From: a bacterium
GTDB lineage: Bacteria > Patescibacteriota > Minisyncoccia > Moranbacterales > UBA2206
Reading direction: 5' to 3'
Length of the DNA stretch: 64,000 bases
NCBI GenBank assembly: GCA_030654225.1
Contig: JAURXY010000031.1
Span: 1,431-65,430 of the forward strand
Shown one piece after another: positions 37,190 through 47,039 of this stretch. A model generated the notes under the pieces. It worked only from the letters and a program-made list of their open reading frames with translations. It was not told the origin of the DNA and ran no database searches. Numbering within the stretch: the first letter of the stretch is position 1; each line of letters opens with the position of its first letter. Made by a program: the position numbers and the translations under genes.

Positions 37190-38257
37190 TTATTTTTCTG
37201 CGATTACAATAAATTCTTCACACTCCTTGGGACTCTTCCCGCTCAGAGAATTTATACTCCAAGAGAAATTTTCCAATTTTAGCAGTCTCGCTTTTGGTCT
37301 GTGCTTTTTTACCATTTCCAGAAATTTAGCTGAATGCAATGCATCAGGCTCCCCGACCTTTGCCCCGTAAGTTAGCAACCATAAATCAATATGCTGACAC
37401 TCTTGAAAAAATTTATCAAACCATTCTTCTACCTCTTTGCTATTAAACGCACTATTACTCTTTGGGATTTTTTTACCCAATAATATTTCTGAAAAAGCAT
37501 CGTACATTGAATAACTCGTGCTCTCCGCGTAGGGGGCATCTGCCATCATCACCGCTTCATATCCAAATTCTTTTGTTTTTGGCAAAAACTCAAATACATC
37601 ATTACAATAAGCGATATTCGTTTTATTGTTATTCGTTACTCCAGCGTTTATTTTCTCCGCCAATTTTTTCAAAATAACCAATGGAGGCTGGACACTTTTA
37701 AGCAATTTGCTACATCGTGAATCCGAAGAGAGAGTTGCCTTATCCATTGCTTCCACTAGTCCTTTTTCTCTAACTTCTCGTATGTCTGCAACGCATCCAA
37801 ATTTTCCATAAGGCAAAATGTGGAGAATATAGTAGACGATGAGATGCGATAAAAGAAATTTTTTATATCCTTCTGGCATTTGCCTTATATTTTCAGTGGC
37901 TGTGTCTAAAAATTCGCAGACTTCATCCAACATATATCTAGAATAATTTTCTTTTACAAAACCATTATGTTTCACTGGTCTGAAGAGAGAATAAATATCA
38001 TTCAATTCAATTTTCACCTGATTGTTTTCCAGTAAAGCTTTCTGAGCCACATAGGAAATTAACGACCAATCATTTGAGACTATCTTCAATCCCAGTTTAT
38101 GTTTGGCGAATAATTCAAATGAACATCCGCCAGCAAAAGGGCTTATTAGCACCTTGTGCCTTTCTGGGTCTACATAACTCGCCAGCGTGGAGCTTTGTCT
38201 GATTTTACTTCCCAAATATGGGAATGATGCTGATTGGAAATTATATTTTTTCGCCAT
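37190..38257 (-). CDS. Dam-family (D12 class) N6-adenine DNA methyltransferase, orphan
   Basis: 355 aa. YLGSKIR...SPFAGGCS (motif I) and MMADAPY (DPPY-type motif IV). Confidence 0.7.
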   Translation of the reverse strand: MAKKYNFQSASFPYLGSKIRQSSTLASYVDPERHKVLISPFAGGCSFELFAKHKLGLKIVSNDWSLISYVAQKALLENNQVKIELNDIYSLFRPVKHNGFVKENYSRYMLDEVCEFLDTATENIRQMPEGYKKFLLSHLIVYYILHILPYGKFGCVADIREVREKGLVEAMDKATLSSDSRCSKLLKSVQPPLVILKKLAEKINAGVTNNNKTNIAYCNDVFEFLPKTKEFGYEAVMMADAPYAESTSYSMYDAFSEILLGKKIPKSNSAFNSKEVEEWFDKFFQECQHIDLWLLTYGAKVGEPDALHSAKFLEMVKKHRPKARLLKLENFSWSINSLSGKSPKECEEFIVIAEK

Positions 38258-38498
38258 TTTTTTCTGTTATTCCAATTTCACTTTCAATTTCCGAAAGAAC
38301 ATATCCACATAGAATTGTAATTACTCTCCCACGCCCAGAAATATCATATTTTTCTCTGAATACTTTTTCTACTTCCAAGAGTAATTGTTTTTGTTCTTCA
38401 AAAAATGAAATGAATTCTTGCGAGAGTTTACGATTTATAACATCAATATCAACTTCTCTTATTTTTTCTTCAAATGTTTTCTTTTTATTGTTCGTCAT
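38241..38498 (-). CDS. hypothetical protein
   Basis: 85 aa ORF overlapping the end of the MTase gene. No motif recognised. Confidence 0.3.
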   Translation of the reverse strand: MTNNKKKTFEEKIREVDIDVINRKLSQEFISFFEEQKQLLLEVEKVFREKYDISGRGRVITILCGYVLSEIESEIGITEKNGEKI

Positions 38499-38546
38499 AC
38501 TTTTTTAAATTAGTTAATTACCTGCTCGTTACTTATCCTCTTACCT

Positions 38547-39026
38547 TTATACAAAACTGATTTTTAGTCTTTTGTATTTTCCTTCAGTTCTCAGTGCCCG
38601 ACTCAAAACTCCTCTCGGCAATTTGAATTTCAACTCTGCTTTTCTGGCTGAAAGAAAAATCAATTCCTTTTTGTCACTATTGATTACTTTTACCGCTTTC
38701 CCGTTTTTTCTGTTTTTATCGCTTTGGCACACCCACATTATATTATCCAAACCGTATCCCTTGCTTTTGTTTTTTAGTTCAATGACTGGAGAATATTTTT
38801 TATCTCCAAATTCTGCATACTTTTCATAAGCCCCTGCAAATCCAGCGTCCTCTAGCGACCACTGCCTGAACTCCCTCTTGTCTACGGCAAACTGAAATTC
38901 GCCTTTAGTTTCATATCGTATTTTGGAAAAGCGAAGAGTTATAATATTTCTATCACTTTTTATCTTTTTTTCTTCGGGAACTGTTTTTGCCCCGAACGCT
39001 TTCCAGAAATTAGAATTGTCGCTCAT
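38547..39026 (-). CDS. HNH_3-like (possibly degenerate) endonuclease-like protein
   Basis: 159 aa. GLDNIMWVCQSDKNRKNG resembles the DNLxWVTxxENxxN block of phage HNH_3 proteins. A catalytic His was not identified. Confidence 0.35.
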   Translation of the reverse strand: MSDNSNFWKAFGAKTVPEEKKIKSDRNIITLRFSKIRYETKGEFQFAVDKREFRQWSLEDAGFAGAYEKYAEFGDKKYSPVIELKNKSKGYGLDNIMWVCQSDKNRKNGKAVKVINSDKKELIFLSARKAELKFKLPRGVLSRALRTEGKYKRLKISFV

Positions 39027-39069
39027 TGAATTAAGTTACGCCTGCACTAGATTAGTTCAAAAGGCGTCA

Positions 39070-39279
39070 TTATTGTTTGTTTACATCAAACTTCCAATCT
39101 GGCCGATTAGTGCCTTGGTCTTTAAATTGATTGGCAAAAGCCACTAGTTTATATTCCTTGCCATCAATCGTCACTACTCCTGCCAAATACTCATTTCCTT
39201 TTTTTGACGCTTTTTTCCAAATCGCACACTTTTGAACTTGTGGCATCTCACCAAAGTTTTTCTTTTCTTCTTGTTGCAT
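39070..39279 (-). CDS. hypothetical small protein
   Basis: 69 aa, Lys-rich. Confidence 0.3.
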   Translation of the reverse strand: MQQEEKKNFGEMPQVQKCAIWKKASKKGNEYLAGVVTIDGKEYKLVAFANQFKDQGTNRPDWKFDVNKQ

Positions 39280-39295
39280 ATGTTTAAATTAAAAA

Positions 39296-40933
39296 TTATA
39301 AATTATAATTCGGCTGATAACCCTCGCTTTGTGTCCCATATTGCCAATCTCCCAGTGGCTTATAATCATTTACTGCTGGGTCAAATTTTACTTCAATAGT
39401 CGCCTCGCCATTTGGGTTTCTAGCTTTTGGAATAGAGAAGTAGGTGTTATATTGGTCAGCACCATCACTTCTATCCCTCCAGATATTGATTACATAATTA
39501 GCATTTTGCACGATTGAAATACTATCTTTGAAACTATCCAGAGTCGGCCGTGAGCCTCCTAATTTTTTATAATGAACCACCATAATTATTCTTGCCCCAG
39601 TTCTCCGTTGGATAGTTTTTATGCGAACCATAACCTTTTCAATGTAGTCAGCTTTTGTATCTTTGCCTCGTGACAAGTCAAAGTAATGCAGATGGTCAAT
39701 TAAAAATAATTCCACGCCCTGCTTCACTTGCTCTTCAATGGCTTTTTCCAATTCTTCAACTGTTATTACGCTATCCACTTTGGCAAAAAGGATGTTATCG
39801 TTTTTCAAATTCAAATAGGCTTCATTGAAGTATGTCAGAAATCTATCATCATTTTGCAATTCATTTTTACGAAATTCATTCCAGTAATAATTCTGTGCCT
39901 TGCTACCTTCGTGCTTTTTTATGACCTTGCCCAGTTCAAAATATAAAGCCTTATGCGAATAATCATTCAGCCTATCTTCTAGGGCAAATACCGCACACTT
40001 TCTATTCTTACTGGCTTTATAAATTATATTCGTCGTAAATGTGGTCTTGCCTGTGCCACTTTCACCGCCTACAACAATCAATTCCCCCGGGAACAACCCC
40101 GTGAGCTTATTATCCAACCAGTCGTATCCAAGACTAACTACATCTTCAGGTTTAGTTGTTGTTAATTCACACATTCCATCAAAAAGAACTTTAGAAAAAG
40201 GAATAAATTCAATTACCTCATTTTTTATTGTTTCACGCTGAGCAAATTCCTTATTAACGATGCTTTCGTATGTTGCTCTTAATTCTTTTTCTTGCAGAGG
40301 CTCAGAATTTTTATTATTCCAGTCTTTTAAAATTTCCCAGACTATAGATTCCCATTCTTCAGGTTTAAACCGCTTAAGTAACAGTCCGCAAAATTGTGTT
40401 GCTGATTGATTTCTCATTCCACTACTTACGCCTTTTACAATTTTATTCCAATCAGTTTTTTGATTTTCTTGAGGAAATAAATTCACAGGAAAAGGTGCGA
40501 CTTCTTCGCTCAGTGACCATTCGTAACATTTGCCAGATTTATGCTTGCTTGGAGGTGCGATAACATATCCACCTTCACCCCTAATATCTACTAGCTTATC
40601 CCCTATCCTTGTCTTATTTCTAACACCATCTATAAAGTTGTAATAATAATGCCAACCATCTCCACCAGTCTTTGCGACTAATGTTACTGGCAATTTTGAG
40701 AAAAAATCTTTGTCATCCATTCCAGCCTCTATATCAACTACTGCCAAATTAGAAATTTTACCCGTTACAATACCAATCTGAGCATCAGGAAATTGTTGCC
40801 ACCATTTTTCAACTTCTTCTTTAGTTGGCAATCTTTTTTGATACTCCGCCCATTCAATCAAAGGCTTTTTATCCAAACCAACTGGAATAACTGATTTATT
40901 TTTTGCTAAATAATTCAATGCGTGTTTTAACAT
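39296..40933 (-). CDS. PrimPol-type primase fused to RecA-like/DnaB-like P-loop helicase domain (phage/plasmid replication protein)
   Basis: 545 aa. N-terminal bifunctional primase-polymerase-like region. C-terminal GGESGTGKTTFTTNI Walker A and a DHLHY segment. Confidence 0.65.
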   Translation of the reverse strand: MLKHALNYLAKNKSVIPVGLDKKPLIEWAEYQKRLPTKEEVEKWWQQFPDAQIGIVTGKISNLAVVDIEAGMDDKDFFSKLPVTLVAKTGGDGWHYYYNFIDGVRNKTRIGDKLVDIRGEGGYVIAPPSKHKSGKCYEWSLSEEVAPFPVNLFPQENQKTDWNKIVKGVSSGMRNQSATQFCGLLLKRFKPEEWESIVWEILKDWNNKNSEPLQEKELRATYESIVNKEFAQRETIKNEVIEFIPFSKVLFDGMCELTTTKPEDVVSLGYDWLDNKLTGLFPGELIVVGGESGTGKTTFTTNIIYKASKNRKCAVFALEDRLNDYSHKALYFELGKVIKKHEGSKAQNYYWNEFRKNELQNDDRFLTYFNEAYLNLKNDNILFAKVDSVITVEELEKAIEEQVKQGVELFLIDHLHYFDLSRGKDTKADYIEKVMVRIKTIQRRTGARIIMVVHYKKLGGSRPTLDSFKDSISIVQNANYVINIWRDRSDGADQYNTYFSIPKARNPNGEATIEVKFDPAVNDYKPLGDWQYGTQSEGYQPNYNL

Positions 40934-40937
40934 ATTT

Positions 40938-41684
40938 TTATTTGTTTATAAATTTAACGAAGCCATTGTCTTGTTTAATGAATTCATAAAAGGAAAAGCG
41001 TCTGATAGCATAATCACTTGCAGGATTTCTAAGTAATATCTCTTTGACATAATTATCTATAGCAAGCTTAAAATCGCTTTCGCCATATCCCTTTCCGACC
41101 AATTTGGAATAAGCGTCTTTTAATTCAGGGGTCGTTCTTTTACATTCAGGCAAAAGTTTATTGAGAGCAGACTTATTGAATATTTTGCCACTAGGTATCC
41201 CTGTGTCTCTACTGGTTCTAAATTTATTCCAATAATCCATAACTGTTGCCATATTGGTTTCCTTAACCATATGTGTTTCCTTATTAGGCAAATCCTGCCG
41301 TTGGCTATTGTCATCATCTGCCGTCGGCACAGATTGCTGATGGCTTGTATCGCTTACGGTTTTTATCCATTCACTCTTGTCCAGAAGAATATATGTCAAA
41401 TTTTTAAACTTTCCATCTTTCTTTCTGCCTGCTTTTGTCACTTTAATGACGCAATGCATTTCCAATTTTTTAATAGCATCATAAACAGTCCTCTCTCCTA
41501 TATTCAACTTTTCAGCTATCAGCCTTTTGGATGGAAAGCATTCCTGCTCATTACTTGCGTGTCGACACAACGCCATATACACTCCAGTGGCGTTTATGCC
41601 ACAAATTTTTGCATATCCATTTAAATATGCATCATCTACTTGAAATTTTTCTTTGTTCCTTTGGTCTATAATTCGCTTTATCAT
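40938..41684 (-). CDS. winged-helix replication initiator-like protein
   Basis: 248 aa. GVYMALCRHASNEQECFPSKRLIAEKLNIGERTVYDAIKKLE is a typical Rep/DnaD-like N-terminal wHTH. Confidence 0.45.
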   Translation of the reverse strand: MIKRIIDQRNKEKFQVDDAYLNGYAKICGINATGVYMALCRHASNEQECFPSKRLIAEKLNIGERTVYDAIKKLEMHCVIKVTKAGRKKDGKFKNLTYILLDKSEWIKTVSDTSHQQSVPTADDDNSQRQDLPNKETHMVKETNMATVMDYWNKFRTSRDTGIPSGKIFNKSALNKLLPECKRTTPELKDAYSKLVGKGYGESDFKLAIDNYVKEILLRNPASDYAIRRFSFYEFIKQDNGFVKFINK

Positions 41685-42032
41685 TTTTTTAACAAAAATA
41701 GTTACACCGCCTTATGAGTGATGTAACTATTTTTTTTCATAAGGCTTATATTTAATTTTCTCTTTGCTCCTAAATAACAAAAATCTGCAATACGCTAAAA
41801 CAAACAGAATCACTTTGATTTCTGTGTGTTTGCATTGTATTGCAGACATTTTATAGTGGCCGATTGTATTCGGACCGTATTCTATTGTATCTATAGTGTA
41901 ACGCATAAATTTATGTGTGTCAATGATGAAGCCCTGTATTTATGGGCTAAAAATAGCTTTTTAGTTTGTCGTCAAGTCATAATTAACTTGTGTCCGAGCA
42001 GTAAAATTACCGCTCAAAACAAGCCAACTATT

Positions 42033-42332
42033 TTAACCTTCTAATACCTTCTTTGAAATCAAATCCTGTATTCCATTGACTAACCACCAGTAGTTCCCAT
42101 CAAATTCAACCAACTTATTAACTTTCAGCCATGCCATTCTGCGACTAAAACAATTTCCACAATAACCAGACACTATCATTAATTCTTCACATCTACTGCC
42201 TGGAAAATTCTCCAAAATACTCAGCATTTCTTCTGACTCGTTTTGTCTAATATTTATTACCTCATCAGTAAGTTCTTCGGCAATATCTTTTATGATTTCT
42301 TCGTTTACATTTTTTTGATTCTTTTTTTTCAT
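42033..42332 (-). CDS. hypothetical protein
   Basis: 99 aa. Cys pairs (CEEL...CGNC). Confidence 0.3.
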   Translation of the reverse strand: MKKKNQKNVNEEIIKDIAEELTDEVINIRQNESEEMLSILENFPGSRCEELMIVSGYCGNCFSRRMAWLKVNKLVEFDGNYWWLVNGIQDLISKKVLEG

Positions 42333-42366
42333 TGTTTTAAAATTGGTTTATTAATTGCTTTTCAAA

Positions 42367-42558
42367 TTATCGCAGATAATTTATGTCGAACTTTTTGTTG
42401 CCTTGAATGTCATTGAAATACAATAACTTTTCAATCGCAAACTCACACTCCTCCCTGCTTATTCCCAGTCTTCTAGCAATAACCACCTTAGATTTCAGAG
42501 GATTATTAGAAATAAAATCAAACACCTTGTAAATACTAGCCTTTTGTTTCTTGTTCAT
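42367..42558 (-). CDS. small HTH protein (possible excisionase/regulator)
   Basis: 63 aa. Directly downstream of and overlapping an integrase gene. Confidence 0.3.
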   Translation of the reverse strand: MNKKQKASIYKVFDFISNNPLKSKVVIARRLGISREECEFAIEKLLYFNDIQGNKKFDINYLR

Positions 42559-43502
42559 CTTGAGTTCACCTCCTCTCCAGATTTCATCTCTTTCCCAAAA
42601 TTCATTATTTCACTATGGTGCTTTTTAACTTCTTCAAAATCCAAATTTCCTATGTAAAATTTAGTCGTTACCTGACTAGAGCTGTGATTCAAAAATTTCT
42701 GAATTACGCCCAGCGGAACACCCTCCTTAAACATCAAAGTTGCAACGGAGCGTCTGGCAATTAAGTGTGGCGTAACATTTATTTTAAATCCTAATTTTTT
42801 GCCTAAATTACGAAGTCCTCGTTGCAAATCGTTAACTTGAAGTCTATTTATATTATTCATATTGATTGTTGCAAACAGTGCATCACACGCATCGTTGCCT
42901 CTCATTTCTAAATATTCTTGAATTGCCATTTGCGAAGCAGAGTTAAAAATTATTTGATGCGGACGATTTCCCTTTGTCCTAATGCTCAACACAGAACTTG
43001 TTTCAAAATCTATTTGGCTTTTGTTGAGTCCTAGAAGTTCCGAAACACGACAGCCCGTGCTGATTGCAGTCTGGATTATGGCTCTCATCCTAAGTCCAGT
43101 TATAGTCTTATTACTTGGAGCTGAAGCCAGTGTTATTAACTGTTCCTTAGTAAGATAACTGACTTCTTTCTGAGGAACTGTAAATTTTGTAACTTTGGAT
43201 TGGTCAAAAACTTTTATCCCATCTCTTTCGCATTGAGCTAAAATATGTCTCAAAATTATTAAAAAATGGTTTTTTCGGCTGGCACTAAGATTTCGTTGAT
43301 TAAGTTTTTGCTTTAGTTCAATTACAGCCATTTCATTGATTCTTTTGATATTTATGTCACCCAAAATCCTTATGAGCATTCCAGCCACTTCTTTGTATTT
43401 CTGAATAGTCCTCGGAGCTAAAATTGCATCCGCTTCGGCTTTAGCAAAAAATCTCTTGAGGCATTCAGACAGGTTGAGTTTTTTAGAAAATAGAAAATTC
43501 AT
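42555..43502 (-). CDS. tyrosine recombinase / integrase
   Basis: 315 aa. HLIARRSVATLMFKEGVPLGVIQKFLNHSSSQVTTKFY. Confidence 0.8.
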   Translation of the reverse strand: MNFLFSKKLNLSECLKRFFAKAEADAILAPRTIQKYKEVAGMLIRILGDINIKRINEMAVIELKQKLNQRNLSASRKNHFLIILRHILAQCERDGIKVFDQSKVTKFTVPQKEVSYLTKEQLITLASAPSNKTITGLRMRAIIQTAISTGCRVSELLGLNKSQIDFETSSVLSIRTKGNRPHQIIFNSASQMAIQEYLEMRGNDACDALFATINMNNINRLQVNDLQRGLRNLGKKLGFKINVTPHLIARRSVATLMFKEGVPLGVIQKFLNHSSSQVTTKFYIGNLDFEEVKKHHSEIMNFGKEMKSGEEVNSR

Positions 43503-43584
43503 ATTTTTGTCATTTATCTATCTCTATTTTCTCAAGCATTTTACTCCCTGAAAATACAGCTTGCTCAGAAATAAAATAGCAAAA

Positions 43585-43615
43585 AACCGCTCATTAAAGC
43601 GGTTTCTTTCTAGTA
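43585..43615 (-). terminator. rho-independent terminator (aaaccgctttaatgagcggttt + T-rich tail on minus strand)
   Basis: Hairpin plus U-tract downstream of the 43637..44563 gene. Confidence 0.45.
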
Positions 43616-43636
43616 AAAATATTTCTTACTCAGAAA

Positions 43637-44563
43637 TCAACTTGAAAGATATTTTAATTGCTCTTTTGTAAGATTCACCTTAGCTATTGTTCTTATAGCA
43701 ATATCGTTGTTTATTCTAAAATAACCACCATCCTTTTTTACTATTGTTTTTTGTTTATATCTTCCCTTAATAACGCTTCTTTCAAATATTTTTGAATTTA
43801 TTGAAGAGGCTATTTGGGAATCATATCTCACCTGATTATATTTTTCAGCCACCTCGCACAATGTTTTTATATAACTATGCATACCATGCTTACCTTCAGT
43901 TGAAAATTCAACATCGTGATTAAAATCATTGTTGAAAACAAGCCACACTTTTTCTTTGTGATTGCCTGGATATTTCGTAATAATAAGGATAGACTCAATC
44001 TGGAATGGGTCATTCTCTTTATTTTTAACTAAATCTACACTAGTATTGTTCTCAATATCCGCTTTTTTGACGACAACATTAGGGATGCTTAATTTTTCAA
44101 AAAGATATGCTTGTATTTTTTCCACATACTGCTTGCAACCATTGATATTATATTTCTCTGATTTTATACCATCCCACGCATCCCATAGTTTTTGTTTCTT
44201 TGTTATTTTCTTTTCCAACGCTGACAACTTCGAATAAGATTCGGAAAAATATTTGTTCACAAGATAATAAAAATTATTTTCAAATTCTTCTGAATTTTTC
44301 CTTTCGCTATTTACTCCTACTATTTTTTTAACTTCTGAGTCTATATTTTTTGCATCTTCCAACTCACTTAAAACCTTATCCTTTAATTTCAGCTTTTCTT
44401 CTAAAAGTTCGTCTTTTTGCTTTTGCATATCAGCAATAATAGCACTACATTTTTCATTTTCACTGATAAAATCAATATAATCATCAAGTAAAGATGAAAA
44501 AGCATTTATATCCTCTTGATTTATAAGGCGTTCGTAGCGATTTTGTAGTATATCTCTTTCCAT
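43637..44563 (-). CDS. hypothetical protein (N-terminal coiled coil)
   Basis: 308 aa. No recognisable motif. Confidence 0.35.
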   Translation of the reverse strand: MERDILQNRYERLINQEDINAFSSLLDDYIDFISENEKCSAIIADMQKQKDELLEEKLKLKDKVLSELEDAKNIDSEVKKIVGVNSERKNSEEFENNFYYLVNKYFSESYSKLSALEKKITKKQKLWDAWDGIKSEKYNINGCKQYVEKIQAYLFEKLSIPNVVVKKADIENNTSVDLVKNKENDPFQIESILIITKYPGNHKEKVWLVFNNDFNHDVEFSTEGKHGMHSYIKTLCEVAEKYNQVRYDSQIASSINSKIFERSVIKGRYKQKTIVKKDGGYFRINNDIAIRTIAKVNLTKEQLKYLSS

Positions 44564-44599
44564 AATGAAATTCTACCACAAAATCTCCTTGGAATCACG

Positions 44600-45487
44600 C
44601 TAGTAATGTAAATACTGAGCATGAGCTTCTTTAGCACGTGCTTTATCGGTCAATCCTACATAATAACGAATTGTGGTATCTAATCTTTCGTGTCCGCATA
44701 AAGTCTTAATTTCTGTAAATGGACAATTATTGAAAGCTAGATGCGAGGCAAAGCAATGTCGCAAACAATGAGGAGTGATTTTTTTATTGATTCCTGCAAT
44801 TATTCTTTGTCTTTTAAAATATCTCGTATTGTCTTGATTTGTTAGTCTCTTAGGAATTTTGCCTGTAGTCACAAACAAAGCTGGGTTTTTATCAATACGT
44901 CTTTCTAGATATTGCTTTATCCAACTTATAGATTCTTGAGTAAAAAATACAGTTCTTTGTTTTGAGCCTTTTCCGATGACCAAACATTCTCGAGTCTGAA
45001 AATCAATGGAGGTTCTGTCTAATGAAAGTGCCTCACTAATTCGCATTCCAGTGCCGAGCAAAACTTCAACTAATGTGCGAAATCGCAAACCAACAAGTAA
45101 TCTCGTATTGATTGATTCTCTAAAACGTTTAATTTCAGAATTAGTTAAAAAAACAACCTCTCTTCGAGGACGTTTAGGAATTGTGATTAAGTCTGGATTT
45201 ATCTGAAGCTGAGCGGAGTAGTGGTCACGATAATATTTCAGAAGTCCTTTGATACAAGCCAGGCAGACTCCGATAAAAACTTCTGAATTTTCTCGTTGAT
45301 ATAAAATCTGTTTAAGTCTGAAAATATGCTCCATTGTGAATTTTTCTAATTCTATATCTCCTACATCACGAATAAAACATTTTAATCTTGACCGATAACT
45401 AACAATGGAACTTTGGGCAAATCTTTTTTCAACCTGAAGCCAAGTTAGAAATTCCTCACTGGTATTTTTTATAGTTTTATTTTCCAT
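44600..45487 (-). CDS. tyrosine recombinase / integrase
   Basis: 295 aa. TPHCLRHCFASHL...LCGHERLDTTIRYY. Confidence 0.8.
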   Translation of the reverse strand: MENKTIKNTSEEFLTWLQVEKRFAQSSIVSYRSRLKCFIRDVGDIELEKFTMEHIFRLKQILYQRENSEVFIGVCLACIKGLLKYYRDHYSAQLQINPDLITIPKRPRREVVFLTNSEIKRFRESINTRLLVGLRFRTLVEVLLGTGMRISEALSLDRTSIDFQTRECLVIGKGSKQRTVFFTQESISWIKQYLERRIDKNPALFVTTGKIPKRLTNQDNTRYFKRQRIIAGINKKITPHCLRHCFASHLAFNNCPFTEIKTLCGHERLDTTIRYYVGLTDKARAKEAHAQYLHY

Positions 45488-45672
45488 AATAATTTAGCTT
45501 CCAAATATTTTCTGCGGTATTTATCATAATTGAGCATAATGTCAAAGCAGTCTTTTTTTGTGAGCGTCTGTTCGTATTTTTTTGCTAGTTTAATAACTAC
45601 ATTTATATCAAACATATTTGCCAGTCCATTTCTTCTCACTTTTTCAAAGGCTATGAATTTGGCTTTGGTCAT
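45469..45672 (-). CDS. hypothetical small protein upstream of integrase
   Basis: 67 aa, Lys-rich. Confidence 0.3.
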   Translation of the reverse strand: MTKAKFIAFEKVRRNGLANMFDINVVIKLAKKYEQTLTKKDCFDIMLNYDKYRRKYLEAKLLWKIKL

Positions 45673-45697
45673 AATTTTGAAGCTAATAATTAGGTCA

Positions 45698-45739
45698 GTG
45701 ACACATTAGCTCTTGGGACAAGGAAGTCAAGGAGAGTTA
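45698..45739. repeat. direct repeat B (gtgacacattagctc...gaagtcaagg)
   Basis: Matches 33825-33868. Confidence 0.5.
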
Positions 45740-45809
45740 TCCACTCCAGCGGAAAACGGAGGTAATAGTAAAAAACCACCAGCTTGTGGCGATAAAACGG
45801 AGCGAACCT

Positions 45810-47027
45810 CTAGTTTCCCTGAAATTTAAGTTTTCGTATTTTGATTAACGGATACAGCCCAATTAAAAGAAAAATTGCTACCGAAGTAGCCATTAAAATC
45901 ATCATTGAAAACTTATCCAGTATTATTCCACCAGTAAACATGAATGCAGTTGCTCCTGCACGTATAAGCAGGCTATTTAAAGAGAGAACGCTGGAACGCA
46001 CCGACTTTGTAATGACTGCGTTCATATCAACCATAAGTTTTGTTTCAAAATACCCACGCATCAAATGAGCAACGAACATTCCAGCAAGAGCAACTATGGG
46101 CAAGCTGGTTATTCCAACGGACAAAACAGCAACTAATAAAATAAGCGTTGCGATAACAACATTCAATTTTGAAAATTTCTCGTAAAACTTTATGCCAACA
46201 GCTATGAGCAGTGTAGCTGTGCCTGCCAATACACCCCAAGAAGCAACATTGAGTCCCAGACTTAAAAACAGCGGATTATACAACCACTTAAAATTGAAGA
46301 AAAAAGCACCTATCAGAGCAGAAACAATCATTATATTTAGGAGCTGTTTATTGGTTACTGCATATTTCAAACCTTCAATGCCAACACTAATCAGATTATT
46401 GTTTTCAGTTTTTCCACTCACTCTGATTTTGGTCGTGATAACCACAACTGATGCACTAATAAGGAAAACAGCTGTAAGGTATAACGGAATTCTCAAATCA
46501 ACCGCAGAAACAAAACCCCCAATCGAAACGGCTAAAAATGTCACGGTTATCCCATACGCCTTAACTTGCGAATAATCTTTTTTGAAATCATTGGATACTG
46601 TATGCAAAAGAGCATTGTCGCTTCCTGACACAAGAGACCCACCCAACGCTAACAAAAACAATGTTAGTCCATAAAACCAAATAGTGCCTGAAAGTGAAAG
46701 TAATATATACGACAAGGCAAGAATTATGTAGCCCCAGAACACGGATATTCTGTGAGAATAATAATCCCCAATAACGCCAGTCGGATATTCCAAAAGCACA
46801 CTCATTGCATAATAAAAACCTATCAGCTGAAAAACGAGAGCTGTAGAAATATCCCTGCTGGTTAAATATAAAACCATCGTTGCCACCCAGAAGCGTGCAG
46901 AGAAAAGTATTTTTGCTATTTTTACTTTTGTCAGGTCAGTCATAAATATATAATACCACAAAAGCACAGCGGAGCGGAGTAATCTAAATAAAAAAAGAGA
47001 GGGACTCAATCGCAGATTTCTCTGCAA
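45810..47027 (-). CDS. MFS-type transporter
   Basis: 405 aa, about 12 TM helices. Confidence 0.65.
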   Translation of the reverse strand: MQRNLRLSPSLFLFRLLRSAVLLWYYIFMTDLTKVKIAKILFSARFWVATMVLYLTSRDISTALVFQLIGFYYAMSVLLEYPTGVIGDYYSHRISVFWGYIILALSYILLSLSGTIWFYGLTLFLLALGGSLVSGSDNALLHTVSNDFKKDYSQVKAYGITVTFLAVSIGGFVSAVDLRIPLYLTAVFLISASVVVITTKIRVSGKTENNNLISVGIEGLKYAVTNKQLLNIMIVSALIGAFFFNFKWLYNPLFLSLGLNVASWGVLAGTATLLIAVGIKFYEKFSKLNVVIATLILLVAVLSVGITSLPIVALAGMFVAHLMRGYFETKLMVDMNAVITKSVRSSVLSLNSLLIRAGATAFMFTGGIILDKFSMMILMATSVAIFLLIGLYPLIKIRKLKFQGN

Positions 47028-47039
47028 CCAAATCCCTCT

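Larger units (their letters stand above)
33825..45739. mobile_element. ~12 kb phage/satellite-like module (terminase, ParB-nuclease, Dam MTase, HNH-like, PrimPol-helicase, Rep initiator, 3 integrases) flanked by ~45-bp direct repeats
   Basis: Gene content plus flanking direct repeats 33825-33868 and 45698-45739. Confidence 0.45.

Noticed and set aside
41826-42044. 72-aa plus-strand ORF in the Rep upstream region
   Set aside because: Located in a repeat/AT-rich putative origin, on the opposite strand to all neighbours, with no motif.
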